60,036 nt of DNA, from assembly GCA_007132965.1 (NCBI GenBank), contig SLNQ01000150.1, positions 1-60,036 on the forward strand. Direction: 5' to 3'. The stretch's first letter is position 1. Each line of letters opens with the position of its first letter. Of the stretch, positions 20,661-29,258 are shown in pieces. This stretch comes from Gemmatimonadota bacterium. Its GTDB lineage: Bacteria > Gemmatimonadota > Gemmatimonadetes > Longimicrobiales > Gaopeijiaceae. The notes below the pieces were generated by a model. It was not told where the DNA came from. It saw only the letters and a program-made list of their open reading frames with translations, and made no database searches. The position numbers were made by a program, and so were the translations under genes.

Positions 20661-22027
20661 GAGGCCTTCTCCGTCCGGCCGGCCCGACGGGCCATGAAGT
20701 TCTCCACGAACCGGGTGTCCACATCGCCTCGTCGGAAGGCGTCGTCCTCCACGATCTCGGAGAGAAACCCGATGGTGGTGGGAATTCCTTCGATGACGAA
20801 CGAGTTGAGGGCGTATCGGGATCGCACCAGGACCTCTTCCCGGGTCTTGCCGCTGATGATCAGCTTGGCCAGAAGCGAATCGTAGTAGGGTGGCACCCGA
20901 TACCCGGCGTAGACGTGGGTGTCGAGGCGCACGCCCGGCCCTCCCGGTGGGTGGAAGGTGGTGATCAGGCCCGGCGCCGGCTGGAAGTTCCGTTCCGGAT
21001 CCTCGGCATTGATCCGGAACTCGATGGCGTGGCCTCTCAGGACCAGGTCCTCACTCGGAAAACTGAGCTTGTTGCCGGCCGCCACCAACACCTGTTCCTT
21101 GATGAGGTCGAACCCGGTGGTGGCCTCGGTAACCGGGTGCTCCACCTGGATCCGGGTATTCATCTCGATGAAGTAGTACGATCCGTCCTCGTCCAGGAGA
21201 AATTCGACGGTTCCGGCGCCCACGTACTCGATGGCCTCGGCAGCCCGCACGGCATCGTTTCCCATGCGCTCCCGGAGCTCCGGGGTGAGCGCCGGAGAGG
21301 GCGCCTCCTCCACCAGCTTCTGGTGGCGCCGCTGAATGGAGCAGTCCCGCTCCCCCAGGTGCACCACCCGACCGTGCTGGTCGCCGAAGACCTGAAGCTC
21401 GACGTGTCGGGGCTTCAGAATGCACTTCTCCAGGTAGACCGACGGATCGCCGAAGGCCGCCCGGGCTTCGTTGCGGGCCCCCTCGAAGAGCCGGGGGAAG
21501 GTGTCGGCACTCTCGGCGACGCGCATCCCCTTTCCACCCCCGCCGGCCGAGGCCTTGATCATGATGGGAAATCCGATCTCACCGGCCAGGGCCAGGGCGT
21601 CGTCCAGATCGTCCACCACCCCGCCGGACCCCGGAACCGTGGGCACGCCGGCTTCCTCCATGGTGGCCCGGGCGGTGGCCTTGTCGCCCATGGCCCGGAT
21701 CTGCGACGCGGTGGGGCCGATGAAGGTCAGGTCGGACCGCCGACAGATCTCGGCGAACTCGGCGTTCTCGGCCAGGAACCCATACCCCGGGTGGATCGCC
21801 TCGGCGCCGGTGACTTCGGCCGCCGCGATGACCCGGGGAATGTTCAGGTACGATTCGGTGGAAGATGCCGGACCAATACAGACGTCCTCGTCGGCAAAAC
21901 GGACGTGCAGGGATTCCCGGTCGGCCTCCGAGTACACGGCCACGGTGCGGATCCCCAGCTCCTGGCAAGCCCGGATGATCCGGAGGGCAATCTCCCCCCG
22001 ATTCGCAACGAGAACCTTCTTGAACAA
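20657..22027 (-). CDS. accC: acetyl-CoA carboxylase, biotin carboxylase subunit
   Basis: Full-length match by eye: 'MFKKVLVANRGEIALRIIRAC', 'GGGGKGMR', 'EMNTRIQVEHPVTE'. Confidence 0.97.
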   Translation of the reverse strand: MFKKVLVANRGEIALRIIRACQELGIRTVAVYSEADRESLHVRFADEDVCIGPASSTESYLNIPRVIAAAEVTGAEAIHPGYGFLAENAEFAEICRRSDLTFIGPTASQIRAMGDKATARATMEEAGVPTVPGSGGVVDDLDDALALAGEIGFPIMIKASAGGGGKGMRVAESADTFPRLFEGARNEARAAFGDPSVYLEKCILKPRHVELQVFGDQHGRVVHLGERDCSIQRRHQKLVEEAPSPALTPELRERMGNDAVRAAEAIEYVGAGTVEFLLDEDGSYYFIEMNTRIQVEHPVTEATTGFDLIKEQVLVAAGNKLSFPSEDLVLRGHAIEFRINAEDPERNFQPAPGLITTFHPPGGPGVRLDTHVYAGYRVPPYYDSLLAKLIISGKTREEVLVRSRYALNSFVIEGIPTTIGFLSEIVEDDAFRRGDVDTRFVENFMARRAGRTEKAS

Positions 22028-22039
22028 CGGTCGACCCCC

Positions 22040-22543
22040 TCAGGCCGGCTCGACCCGGAAGAGAACCTGGCCGTATTCCACCGGCTCCCCGTTCTCCACA
22101 CAGACCTCGCGGACCGTCCCGGCCATCTCGCTCTCCAGCTCGTTCATGAGCTTCATGGCTTCAATGATGCAGAGGGTATCTCCTTCTTCGACCGTGGCCC
22201 CCACCTCGGTGAAGGGGTCCGCGCCGGGGGACGGAGCCCGATAGAAGGTCCCCACCATGGGCGAGGTGACCTCCACCAGGTTCTCGTCGGGGCTCTCTCT
22301 TGGCGCATCCCCCGCCTCGGCCTCCCCGGCGGATTCCTCCCGGGTCGGGGCAGGTGCGGGAGAAGGCGCCGGCGAGTTGCCGGGGGCGGCCGACTGCGGC
22401 GCCGGAGCCGCCGTGCCCGCTGCAGATGCCTCCGGCGTCTTGGAGAGCCGGATCCGCGTGCCGCCCCGTTCGATCTCCACCGTATCGATGGAGCTCTCGT
22501 CCACGGTCCGGATCAGCTTCTGGACAAAATCGAGATCGATCAT
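22040..22543 (-). CDS. accB: acetyl-CoA carboxylase biotin carboxyl carrier protein
   Basis: Ala/Pro linker and the biotinyl-lysine motif '[12 protein letters not shown]'. Confidence 0.93.
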   Translation of the reverse strand: MIDLDFVQKLIRTVDESSIDTVEIERGGTRIRLSKTPEASAAGTAAPAPQSAAPGNSPAPSPAPAPTREESAGEAEAGDAPRESPDENLVEVTSPMVGTFYRAPSPGADPFTEVGATVEEGDTLCIIEAMKLMNELESEMAGTVREVCVENGEPVEYGQVLFRVEPA

Positions 22544-23106
22544 TTGTTCACCCGCTCGAGGTACTTGTCCTCACGACGATCCACCCGGATCACGTCTCCT
22601 TCCTCCACGAAGAGGGGGACCTGGATCTCCGCGCCGGTCTCCAGGGTCGCCGGCTTGGAGCCGCCCTGGGCCGTATCACCCCGGACACCCGGCGTCGTCC
22701 GGGCCACCTCCAACTCGACGAACGCCGGCAGGTCCACCATGATCACCTTCCCGTCATGCACCAGCCCCTCGCACTCCATGTTCTCCTTGAGGTACTGGAG
22801 CTGCTCCTCGCCGATGAGGTCTCCCGAGATGGGGATCATCTCAAAGGTCTCCTTGTCCATGAAGTAGTAGAGCTGGCCGTCGGTGTAGCTGTAGTTCACC
22901 GGTCGGCGTTCCAGGCGGACATCGTTCACCTTCTCGCCGGCCCTGAAGGTGTTGTCCACTACCTGGCCGGTGAGGACGTTTTTCAGCTTGGTCCGGACGA
23001 AGGCGCCGCCCTTGCCAGGCTTCACATGCTGGAAGTAGGTGATGGTCCAGAGGTCACCGTCGATATCCAGGACCATTCCGTTGCGGAAGTCTGACGTCGA
23101 GGCCAT
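22540..23106 (-). CDS. efp: elongation factor P
   Basis: Contains '[14 protein letters not shown]' and the '[17 protein letters not shown]' loop. It has a 4-nt overlap with accB. Confidence 0.97.
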   Translation of the reverse strand: MASTSDFRNGMVLDIDGDLWTITYFQHVKPGKGGAFVRTKLKNVLTGQVVDNTFRAGEKVNDVRLERRPVNYSYTDGQLYYFMDKETFEMIPISGDLIGEEQLQYLKENMECEGLVHDGKVIMVDLPAFVELEVARTTPGVRGDTAQGGSKPATLETGAEIQVPLFVEEGDVIRVDRREDKYLERVNK

Positions 23107-23136
23107 AGGGGGGTCGCAGTTGGAGTCTGGTTGAGG

Positions 23137-23574
23137 TCAGGCTCGGCCGAGCTGGGCCACGAGCCCGCGCAGACCGAGAAGATAGCTCGACACGCCGAAT
23201 CCCAAAACCACCCCGGCCGCCCCGGCGGCCAGGAGGGAGCGATGGCGGAAGGGCTCCCGGGCCCCGGTATTGGAGAGGTGCACCTCCACGTAGGGAAGCC
23301 CCAGGCCCGACAACCCGTCCCGAAGCACCACGGAGGTGTGGGTGAGTCCGCCGGCATTCACCAGAAAGCCGTCTACCTCGGCCGACGATCGATGGAGAAA
23401 GTCCAGCAGCTCCCCCTCATGATTCGACTGGAAGATCTCCAGCTGAACCCCCAGCTCCCGCCCCAGCGTCTCCAGTCTCTCGTTGACCTCCTGGAGAGTG
23501 GCGGTGCCGTAGACCTCCGGTTCACGCCGACCCAGGAGGTTCAGGTTCGGGCCGTGGATGACGGCGATCTTCAC
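23137..23574 (-). CDS. aroQ: type II 3-dehydroquinate dehydratase
   Basis: Contains 'IAVIHGPNLNLLGRREPEVYG'. I place the start at GTG 23574, which gives the canonical 'MKIAVIHGPN' N-terminus and a GTGA overlap with the upstream stop. The ORF-track ATG at 23595 is the alternative. Confidence 0.92.
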   Translation of the reverse strand: MKIAVIHGPNLNLLGRREPEVYGTATLQEVNERLETLGRELGVQLEIFQSNHEGELLDFLHRSSAEVDGFLVNAGGLTHTSVVLRDGLSGLGLPYVEVHLSNTGAREPFRHRSLLAAGAAGVVLGFGVSSYLLGLRGLVAQLGRA

Positions 23575-25298
23575 GATCCGAGGCTCTCGAGCCACGAACG
23601 GAAATCATCCAGGTCGTCGTCGCCTTGCTCCTCGGGTGGAGCGTCCGGAGCCTCGCCTTCAGCGGGAGCGGCCGGGACGTCGTCCCGGGGTGGGGCGTCG
23701 TCCCGGGATGACTCCAGGCTCCGGGCCAGCGGTGAGCCGGCAGGCGCCCGCTCCTCCGGGGCCTCGGGCGAAAGATCGCCGATGGGAACCGCCCCCGGAA
23801 CCCAGGCCAACAGATCGTCGAAGTGGTGCCGTATGGATCGTCCGGCGTCGGCATCCACCACCTCCTCCTCCTCGGCTTCGGCACCACTGGTCCAGGCGAA
23901 GGGCGTGGCCGCCGGTTCGGCTTCGCCCGCCTCCTCACCGCTCCACTGCGGCGCCCTCTCGTCCAGGTCGTCCGCGGGGGGACGCTCCAGGGCGGGCGTG
24001 GCCTCGGGGGAAGGCGTGGCTTCGGTGCCAGCATCCGGGGTGGCACCCCGGACGGGATCGGCCGATTGCTCCTCCACCGAAGGCGCCGCGTCCTCTGGAG
24101 CCGGGACCGCCGCCCCGCTCTCCCTGCGCAACTCCTCGAGGCGGTTCCTCAGGCCGTCGTCGCCGGGATGCTTCTCCACCAGCTTCTCGTAGATCCGAAT
24201 GCCGTCCTCGGTCAATCCCTGGGCGAGGTAGAGTTCCGCCATGGTGCGGGTCACCAGGTGGGGCGGAAGATCCTCGACTCCGGTCGAGAGCACAGGGGGG
24301 TCCGCGGGATCGTCGGCCGTCACGTCAGGAGCGTACGCCACCTCCTCCTCAGCACCCTGCGACTCCTCCGCAGCGGGGATCTCGTGCAGGTCATCCACGT
24401 TCAGCACCGGATCCACGCCCTGGGAGTCCAGGGGGGGCCGCTCCACCGCCGGGTCCGGCTCCTCGTCTCCGGCCATGTCCATGCCGAAGTCGAAGACCGC
24501 CAGATCGTCGCCGGTGTCCCGGGGCGCCGACTCAGCCGACTCAGCCGTTTCTTCGGCCAGCCCGGTAGCCTCGAACCCTTCCAACTCTTCGGGGTGAAGC
24601 TCGTCCTCCTGCAGGTCCTCCTCACCGGTGAGACCCCATGTTCCCGGGTCCAGATCATCCAGGGAGGTGTCTTCGAGCTCCAGGTAGGCCGCCGTCTCCT
24701 CCTCCGGCTCAACCCACTCCCGGGCGGGGTCGGGTTCGGAAACCTCTGCGGGGCGAGCCTCCGGCGAAATCTCCGGGGCGGGAGCCGCGGCCTCCAGGCG
24801 ATCCAGCGCCGCCCGGGCGCCGAGGTGATCCGGATCCAGATCCAGAAGCCGGCGAAGGCCCTGCATGGCCCCCTCCCGGTCTCCGGTGTCCCGGGCCAGC
24901 TCGGAGCGTTCCAGGAGGGCCAGCACGTTCTCGGGGTCGAGCTCCAGAAGGTGATCCAGCGACTCCCGGGCCGCCTCCAGGTCACCCCGGGCCCGAAAGA
25001 TCCGAGCCGCCACCAGGTGACCCGGGGAGAACTCGGGGAGCCGCGCGAGCCCGTCCTCCACCAGCGAGACGGCCTCCTCCAGGTCACCCTTCCTGCGATA
25101 CGCGTCGGCCAGAGGAGCGAACGCCCTGCCCTCCGGGTCGCGGGCAGACCAGAAGTGGGTCCGGAGTGTGCGGATCTCCTGTTCGATGGCTTGGGACACC
25201 TGGGCCCTCCAGTGAGGGGTCGTAGAGGAGGCTGGACAGGGGGAAACGGACGGTTCCTCCAGCGGGTCAAGATAGGGTTTCGCCGGGAAGAGTGTCAA
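23571..25298 (-). CDS. TPR-repeat protein with long acidic low-complexity regions
   Basis: 575-aa ORF. N-terminal TPR-like helices ('LADAYRRKGDLEEAVSLVEDGL...AARIFRARGDLEAARESL'), a D/E/P-rich centre, an isolated TPR-like unit 'TMAELYLAQGLTEDGIRIYEKLV', an acidic tail and the terminal 'DDLDDFRSWLESL'. Confidence 0.7.
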   Translation of the reverse strand: MTLFPAKPYLDPLEEPSVSPCPASSTTPHWRAQVSQAIEQEIRTLRTHFWSARDPEGRAFAPLADAYRRKGDLEEAVSLVEDGLARLPEFSPGHLVAARIFRARGDLEAARESLDHLLELDPENVLALLERSELARDTGDREGAMQGLRRLLDLDPDHLGARAALDRLEAAAPAPEISPEARPAEVSEPDPAREWVEPEEETAAYLELEDTSLDDLDPGTWGLTGEEDLQEDELHPEELEGFEATGLAEETAESAESAPRDTGDDLAVFDFGMDMAGDEEPDPAVERPPLDSQGVDPVLNVDDLHEIPAAEESQGAEEEVAYAPDVTADDPADPPVLSTGVEDLPPHLVTRTMAELYLAQGLTEDGIRIYEKLVEKHPGDDGLRNRLEELRRESGAAVPAPEDAAPSVEEQSADPVRGATPDAGTEATPSPEATPALERPPADDLDERAPQWSGEEAGEAEPAATPFAWTSGAEAEEEEVVDADAGRSIRHHFDDLLAWVPGAVPIGDLSPEAPEERAPAGSPLARSLESSRDDAPPRDDVPAAPAEGEAPDAPPEEQGDDDLDDFRSWLESLGS

Positions 25299-25480
25299 CG
25301 AGGGCCCGACCCCTCCCCCAGCTTGAGGGCCTCCCTGGCTTGCGTTAGCTTCCCGGCCTGCAAGCTACTTGTCTCACCGTGTACGCTTCATCCCCGTCCC
25401 GGAGTTCCCTGGAGCCGGGGTAGGCGAAGGCGCCGGGCGAACGTCGTGCCCGGTTGCAGGTATAACACTTCAGGAGACGA

Positions 25481-25498
25481 CTCGCCGCGCGCGGCGAG
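25481..25498. promoter_or_regulatory. perfect 18-bp palindrome in the divergent region upstream of the ppiD-like gene
   Basis: 'ctcgccgcgcgcggcgag' is its own reverse complement. It lies 65 nt upstream of ATG 25563 and is immediately followed by 'catact'. Its function (operator or RNA hairpin) is not established. Confidence 0.4.
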
Positions 25499-25562
25499 CA
25501 TACTGTGCTGAACCAACGACAGGGTCACACCCTGTGGGCGCCCGAACAGGAGGGGCCGGCCT

Positions 25563-27413
25563 ATGATGCGGCAAATGCGGGAGAACACGAAGTGGATCAT
25601 GCTGATTACGGCAGCCGCCTTCGTGGCTCTCATGGTTTTCGAATGGGGAATGGATGCCAGCGGACAGAGCGGTGGCGCCGGTAACGTGGGAAGCGTGGGC
25701 GGCACCAGCGTACCCGTCCAGGACTACCAGACCATCTACCGGAACCTCTACGACCAGGTGCAGCGAACCCAGGACGCACCCATCTCCTCGCAGCAGGACC
25801 GGGAGATCGAGGACATGGCCTGGAACGAGGTGGTGGATCAGATCCTCATCCAGAAGGAGCTGGACCGCCGGGGCATCCGCGTCACCGATGACGAGATCCG
25901 GCAGGCCGTCCGGACCGCTCCGCCCCCAGGGCTCCGGGACGACCCGAACTTCCAGACCGACGGTCAGTTCGACATGCAGCTGTACCAGCAGTGGCTGAGC
26001 CAGGCGGCCCAGGACCCCCAGTTCCTCCGGGATCTGGAGCGATACTACCGGGACATGATTCCCCGCAACAAGCTCCTGCGGCAGCTCACCTCGGGCGTCT
26101 TTGTCTCCGACCGCCAGCTCTGGGAGGAGTGGCGGGACCGGAACGAGGAGGCCACGGTGAGCTTCGTCGCGCTCAGGGCGCAGGAGCACGTGCCTGACGG
26201 CGAGATCGAGGTCACCCGCGAGGAAATCGAAGCCTACTACAACGAGAACCGGGACGAATTCTCCATTCCCGCCACCGCCGGCGTCCGCTACGCCTACCTG
26301 CCCAAGGCCGCCACCGCTCAGGACTCGGTGGCCCAGGTGGAGCGAGCCGAGCAGATCCGGGCGGATCTGGAAGACGGTGTTCCCTTCGAGGACCTGGCCG
26401 ACCTGGACAGCGACGATCGGACCACGGGACCCCAGGGCGGAATGTTGGAGCCCTTTACGCGGGGCGACGGGCAGTGGCCGGAGGAGTTCGAGGACGTGGC
26501 CTTCTCCATTCCGGTGGGTGAGGTGAGCGAGCCCTTCCAGACCGAGTACGGCCTGCACATTCTGGAGGTTCTCTCCCGGGACGGAGACGAGGTGGAGGAA
26601 GCCAGGCACATCCTGGTGGAGATGGGTCGAACCGACGACTCGGAGATCCGCCTGCTGACCCGGGCCGACTCGCTGGAGGCTCTGGGCCGCAACCTGACGG
26701 TGGACGAGGCCGCCGACCGCCTCGGGATCGGCGCCCGGGACGGCCGCATTACCGAGGACTACGCCATCCTTCCCGGCGTGGGCCAGGCCGACGAGGCCCA
26801 GGACTGGATCTTCGATGAGCGGGAGGGCCTCGGGGCGGTGAGCCCGGTCTTCGAGAACCGGGAAGCCTTCTACATGGTGGAGATCCGGAACCTGACCCGG
26901 GCCGGATACATGCCCCTGGACAACGTGGCGCCGCAGATCGAGAACCGTCTCCGGCTGCAGAAGAAGCTGGATCGTACCCACGAGGACGCCCGGGCCGTCG
27001 CCTCGGAGCTCCGGGACGGCGCCTCGCTGGAAGAGGTGGCCGAACGCCTGGGTGTGGAGGTGGAGACGGTGGGTCCCTTCGCCCGCACCGACTTCGTGCC
27101 GGGCCTGGGAACCCGGAATGCCGCCGTAGGTGCCGTCTTCGGTACCGCCGAAGGAGAGATCGCCGGTCCTGTGCGCATGGGCGACCGGGTTCTGGTGATG
27201 CGCGTAGAGGAGCGGATCGAAGCCGACCGCGAAGCGTGGGAGGCCCAGAAGGCCATGCAGCGCGCCCAGCGCACCGCCGAGCTCCGACAGGAGCGGCTGA
27301 ACCTGTGGTTGGATGGGCTCCGTGAAATCACGCGGATTCAGGACACTCGGGCCGAGTACTTCCGGATGGCCGAGGACCAGGCCGACCAGCCGCAGATCCC
27401 GATGGCGTTCTGA
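25563..27413 (+). CDS. periplasmic chaperone / peptidyl-prolyl isomerase (PpiD/SurA-like)
   Basis: N-terminal anchor 'KWIMLITAAAFVALMVF', SurA-N-like helices, the parvulin core 'FSIPVGEVSEPFQTEYGLHILEV' and an AGGAGG RBS. Confidence 0.85.
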   Translation: MMRQMRENTKWIMLITAAAFVALMVFEWGMDASGQSGGAGNVGSVGGTSVPVQDYQTIYRNLYDQVQRTQDAPISSQQDREIEDMAWNEVVDQILIQKELDRRGIRVTDDEIRQAVRTAPPPGLRDDPNFQTDGQFDMQLYQQWLSQAAQDPQFLRDLERYYRDMIPRNKLLRQLTSGVFVSDRQLWEEWRDRNEEATVSFVALRAQEHVPDGEIEVTREEIEAYYNENRDEFSIPATAGVRYAYLPKAATAQDSVAQVERAEQIRADLEDGVPFEDLADLDSDDRTTGPQGGMLEPFTRGDGQWPEEFEDVAFSIPVGEVSEPFQTEYGLHILEVLSRDGDEVEEARHILVEMGRTDDSEIRLLTRADSLEALGRNLTVDEAADRLGIGARDGRITEDYAILPGVGQADEAQDWIFDEREGLGAVSPVFENREAFYMVEIRNLTRAGYMPLDNVAPQIENRLRLQKKLDRTHEDARAVASELRDGASLEEVAERLGVEVETVGPFARTDFVPGLGTRNAAVGAVFGTAEGEIAGPVRMGDRVLVMRVEERIEADREAWEAQKAMQRAQRTAELRQERLNLWLDGLREITRIQDTRAEYFRMAEDQADQPQIPMAF

Positions 27414-27447
27414 CGGCTACGGGAATTCATCTCCGATGGGCGTCAAA

Positions 27448-27487
27448 CACGAAGCCCCCCCGCCTTCCGTGGCGGGGGGGCTTCGTG
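27448..27487. terminator. perfect 17-bp GC-rich hairpin between convergent ppiD-like and tatA genes
   Basis: 'cacgaagcccccccgcc' (27448-27464), loop 'ttccgt', then 'ggcgggggggcttcgtg' (27471-27487), an exact reverse complement. It sits 35 nt after the ppiD-like stop and 26 nt after the tatA stop. A short T-run (gtgtttg) follows on the minus-strand reading only. Confidence 0.6.
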
Positions 27488-27512
27488 GCGTTATGGGAAC
27501 TCCGGCCGACCT

Positions 27513-27758
27513 CTACTGGGTTGTCTTGAGTCTGCGGGGTTCTCCGTTGTTCCCTTCGTCCTCGGTCTGGGCTCCGGACCCGGACTCCGACTCATCAGGG
27601 ATCTTGAGTTCGCCCTCGATCTCCCGGAGCGAGCCCTTGAACTCACGAATCCCCTTCCCCAGCGAGGAGCCGATCTCAGGGAGCCTCTTGGCCCCGAACA
27701 GGAGGAGAATCACCATGAAGATGAGGGCGAGCTCCCAGATTCCGAATCCACCGAACAT
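27513..27758 (-). CDS. tatA: twin-arginine translocase subunit TatA/E
   Basis: Contains 'MFGGFGIWELALIFMVILLLFGAKRLPEIGSSLGKGIREFK'. Confidence 0.93.
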   Translation of the reverse strand: MFGGFGIWELALIFMVILLLFGAKRLPEIGSSLGKGIREFKGSLREIEGELKIPDESESGSGAQTEDEGNNGEPRRLKTTQ

Positions 27759-27786
27759 GTCGTCAATCCTCCGTTGAGTCCATCAC

Positions 27787-28071
27787 TCAGATAAGCGACC
27801 GCGCCACCAGGCCCACCACCAGCACCCCTACCACAGTCAAAACGTTGAGGGTAAGCGAGAGAGGCCCCAGGGTCAGGGCCACCGCCACCAGGTCCAGGTG
27901 CACCGGACCCAGGCTCGCGGCCACCGAGGTGGTGAGAAAGTCCCGGCCGGCGCTATCCGGCAGGAAGACCTCACTCAGCAACGTCAGCAGCCCGCCCAGG
28001 AAAAGCCCCAGGACCAGGATCCAGAAGACCCGACCACCGGATTGTCGTCGGCCGTCCAACAGGGTCGTCAT
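27787..28071 (-). CDS. small membrane protein, DUF4321-like
   Basis: 94 aa. Hydrophobic N- and C-terminal helices flank 'GPVHLDLVAVALTLGPLSLTLNVLTVVG', which matches the DUF4321 pattern as I remember it. Confidence 0.65.
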   Translation of the reverse strand: MTTLLDGRRQSGGRVFWILVLGLFLGGLLTLLSEVFLPDSAGRDFLTTSVAASLGPVHLDLVAVALTLGPLSLTLNVLTVVGVLVVGLVARSLI

Positions 28072-28182
28072 GGCCGGGCCTCACAGTGGACCCTACAGGG
28101 GGTCAGATTCAATGTAACCGATTCCTCCCCGGGAAATGAACCCGGTCTGACTGGTTCTGATTCATGGAAGCGTGGGAAAACG

Positions 28183-29190
28183 CTACCGACTCCGCTCGAT
28201 GGCGTAGGCGATGGCATCGCGGAGGGCATCCACGGCCTCGCCCTCCTCCCCCACCTCGTCCAGGGCGCCGTGGGCCACTGAGGCGAAGTGATCGGCGCGG
28301 CGGCGGGCGTACTCCAATCCCCCCGTCTCCCTCACGATGGTCACGATCTCGGCGATCTCGGCATCAGTGGGGTTGACCAGGGTGAAGAACTCCCGGATCC
28401 GGGCCCGATCCTCGGCGCCCACCCGACGAAGGGCCTCCACCAGGGGAAGGGTCACCTTCCGCTCCCGCAGATCGTGGCCGGTGGGCTTCCCCGTCTCCTC
28501 CTCGCTACCGGTGTAGTCCAGGAGGTCGTCGGCGATCTGAAAGGCCATCCCCAGGGCGTGGCCGTAGCGACGGAAGGCCTCCCGCGCTCCGGACCCGCCC
28601 ACCAGGGCACCGATCTCGCACGCCGCCGCCATGAGCGAGGCCGTCTTCGACGAGATGAGACGCTCGTAGTCGGCCTCGGAAAAGTCCAGGGCATCGTAGG
28701 AGGTGAGTTGACGGAGCTCGCCGACACTCATCTCGCTGGAGGCGTGGGCCAGCGCCGCGATGGCCTCCAGGCGGCCGACCCGGGCCAGCTCCGTGATAGA
28801 GCGGGCGTAGAGGTAGTCACCGGTGATGATGGCCACCTGGTGGGTCCAGAGGTGGTTCACCGTAGGCATTCCCCGCCGGAGCACCGAATGGTCTACCGCG
28901 TCATCGTGGACCAGGGTGGCCAGGTGGACCAACTCCACCACCGCGCCCAGGGGTAGGGCGTCGGGATGGGGCCGGCCGCCCACGTCGTTGGCCAGGAGAA
29001 GAAGCGTGGGACGAAAGAGCTTCCCCCGCATCTTCAGGAGGTATTCGTGAACCTCCTCCTGCATGTCGAAATCCGCCAGCAGGATCCGCCGGACCTCCTC
29101 CACCACGCCGTCGAGACGGCGACTCACCGGGCCCTGGATCCGGGCCAGGCGAGAAGGGGGAGCAGTGGTGGCGGACTGGGCGTTGGTCAT
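28183..29190 (-). CDS. ispB: polyprenyl diphosphate synthase (IspB-like)
   Basis: Trimmed from ORF 28183..29484 to the ATG at 29190 ('MTNAQSATT'). First DDxxD in 'LVHDDAVDH', second in 'FQIADDLLDY'. Confidence 0.9.
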   Translation of the reverse strand: MTNAQSATTAPPSRLARIQGPVSRRLDGVVEEVRRILLADFDMQEEVHEYLLKMRGKLFRPTLLLLANDVGGRPHPDALPLGAVVELVHLATLVHDDAVDHSVLRRGMPTVNHLWTHQVAIITGDYLYARSITELARVGRLEAIAALAHASSEMSVGELRQLTSYDALDFSEADYERLISSKTASLMAAACEIGALVGGSGAREAFRRYGHALGMAFQIADDLLDYTGSEEETGKPTGHDLRERKVTLPLVEALRRVGAEDRARIREFFTLVNPTDAEIAEIVTIVRETGGLEYARRRADHFASVAHGALDEVGEEGEAVDALRDAIAYAIERSR

Positions 29191-29258
29191 GTTGGGTCCT
29201 GAGGGCCGATTTCGTCCCGGCGACGGGGAAGGAGCCGAACGCGAGATCGTGCTCCCGG

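Noticed and set aside
20915-22867. Other long shadow ORFs: 7404..9302 (+), 20915..22867 (+), 25470..26981 (-), 29364..31619 (+), 39019..40815 (+), 50647..52848 (+), 53658..55373 (+), 35904..37688 (+) and 23823..25511 (+).
   Set aside because: Each lies opposite or out of frame to a gene with strong family motifs (macA, accC/accB/efp, the ppiD-like gene, the TPR genes, tolB, uvrB, rel, tatC/nrdR). Each has the same R/G/P/H-rich composition.
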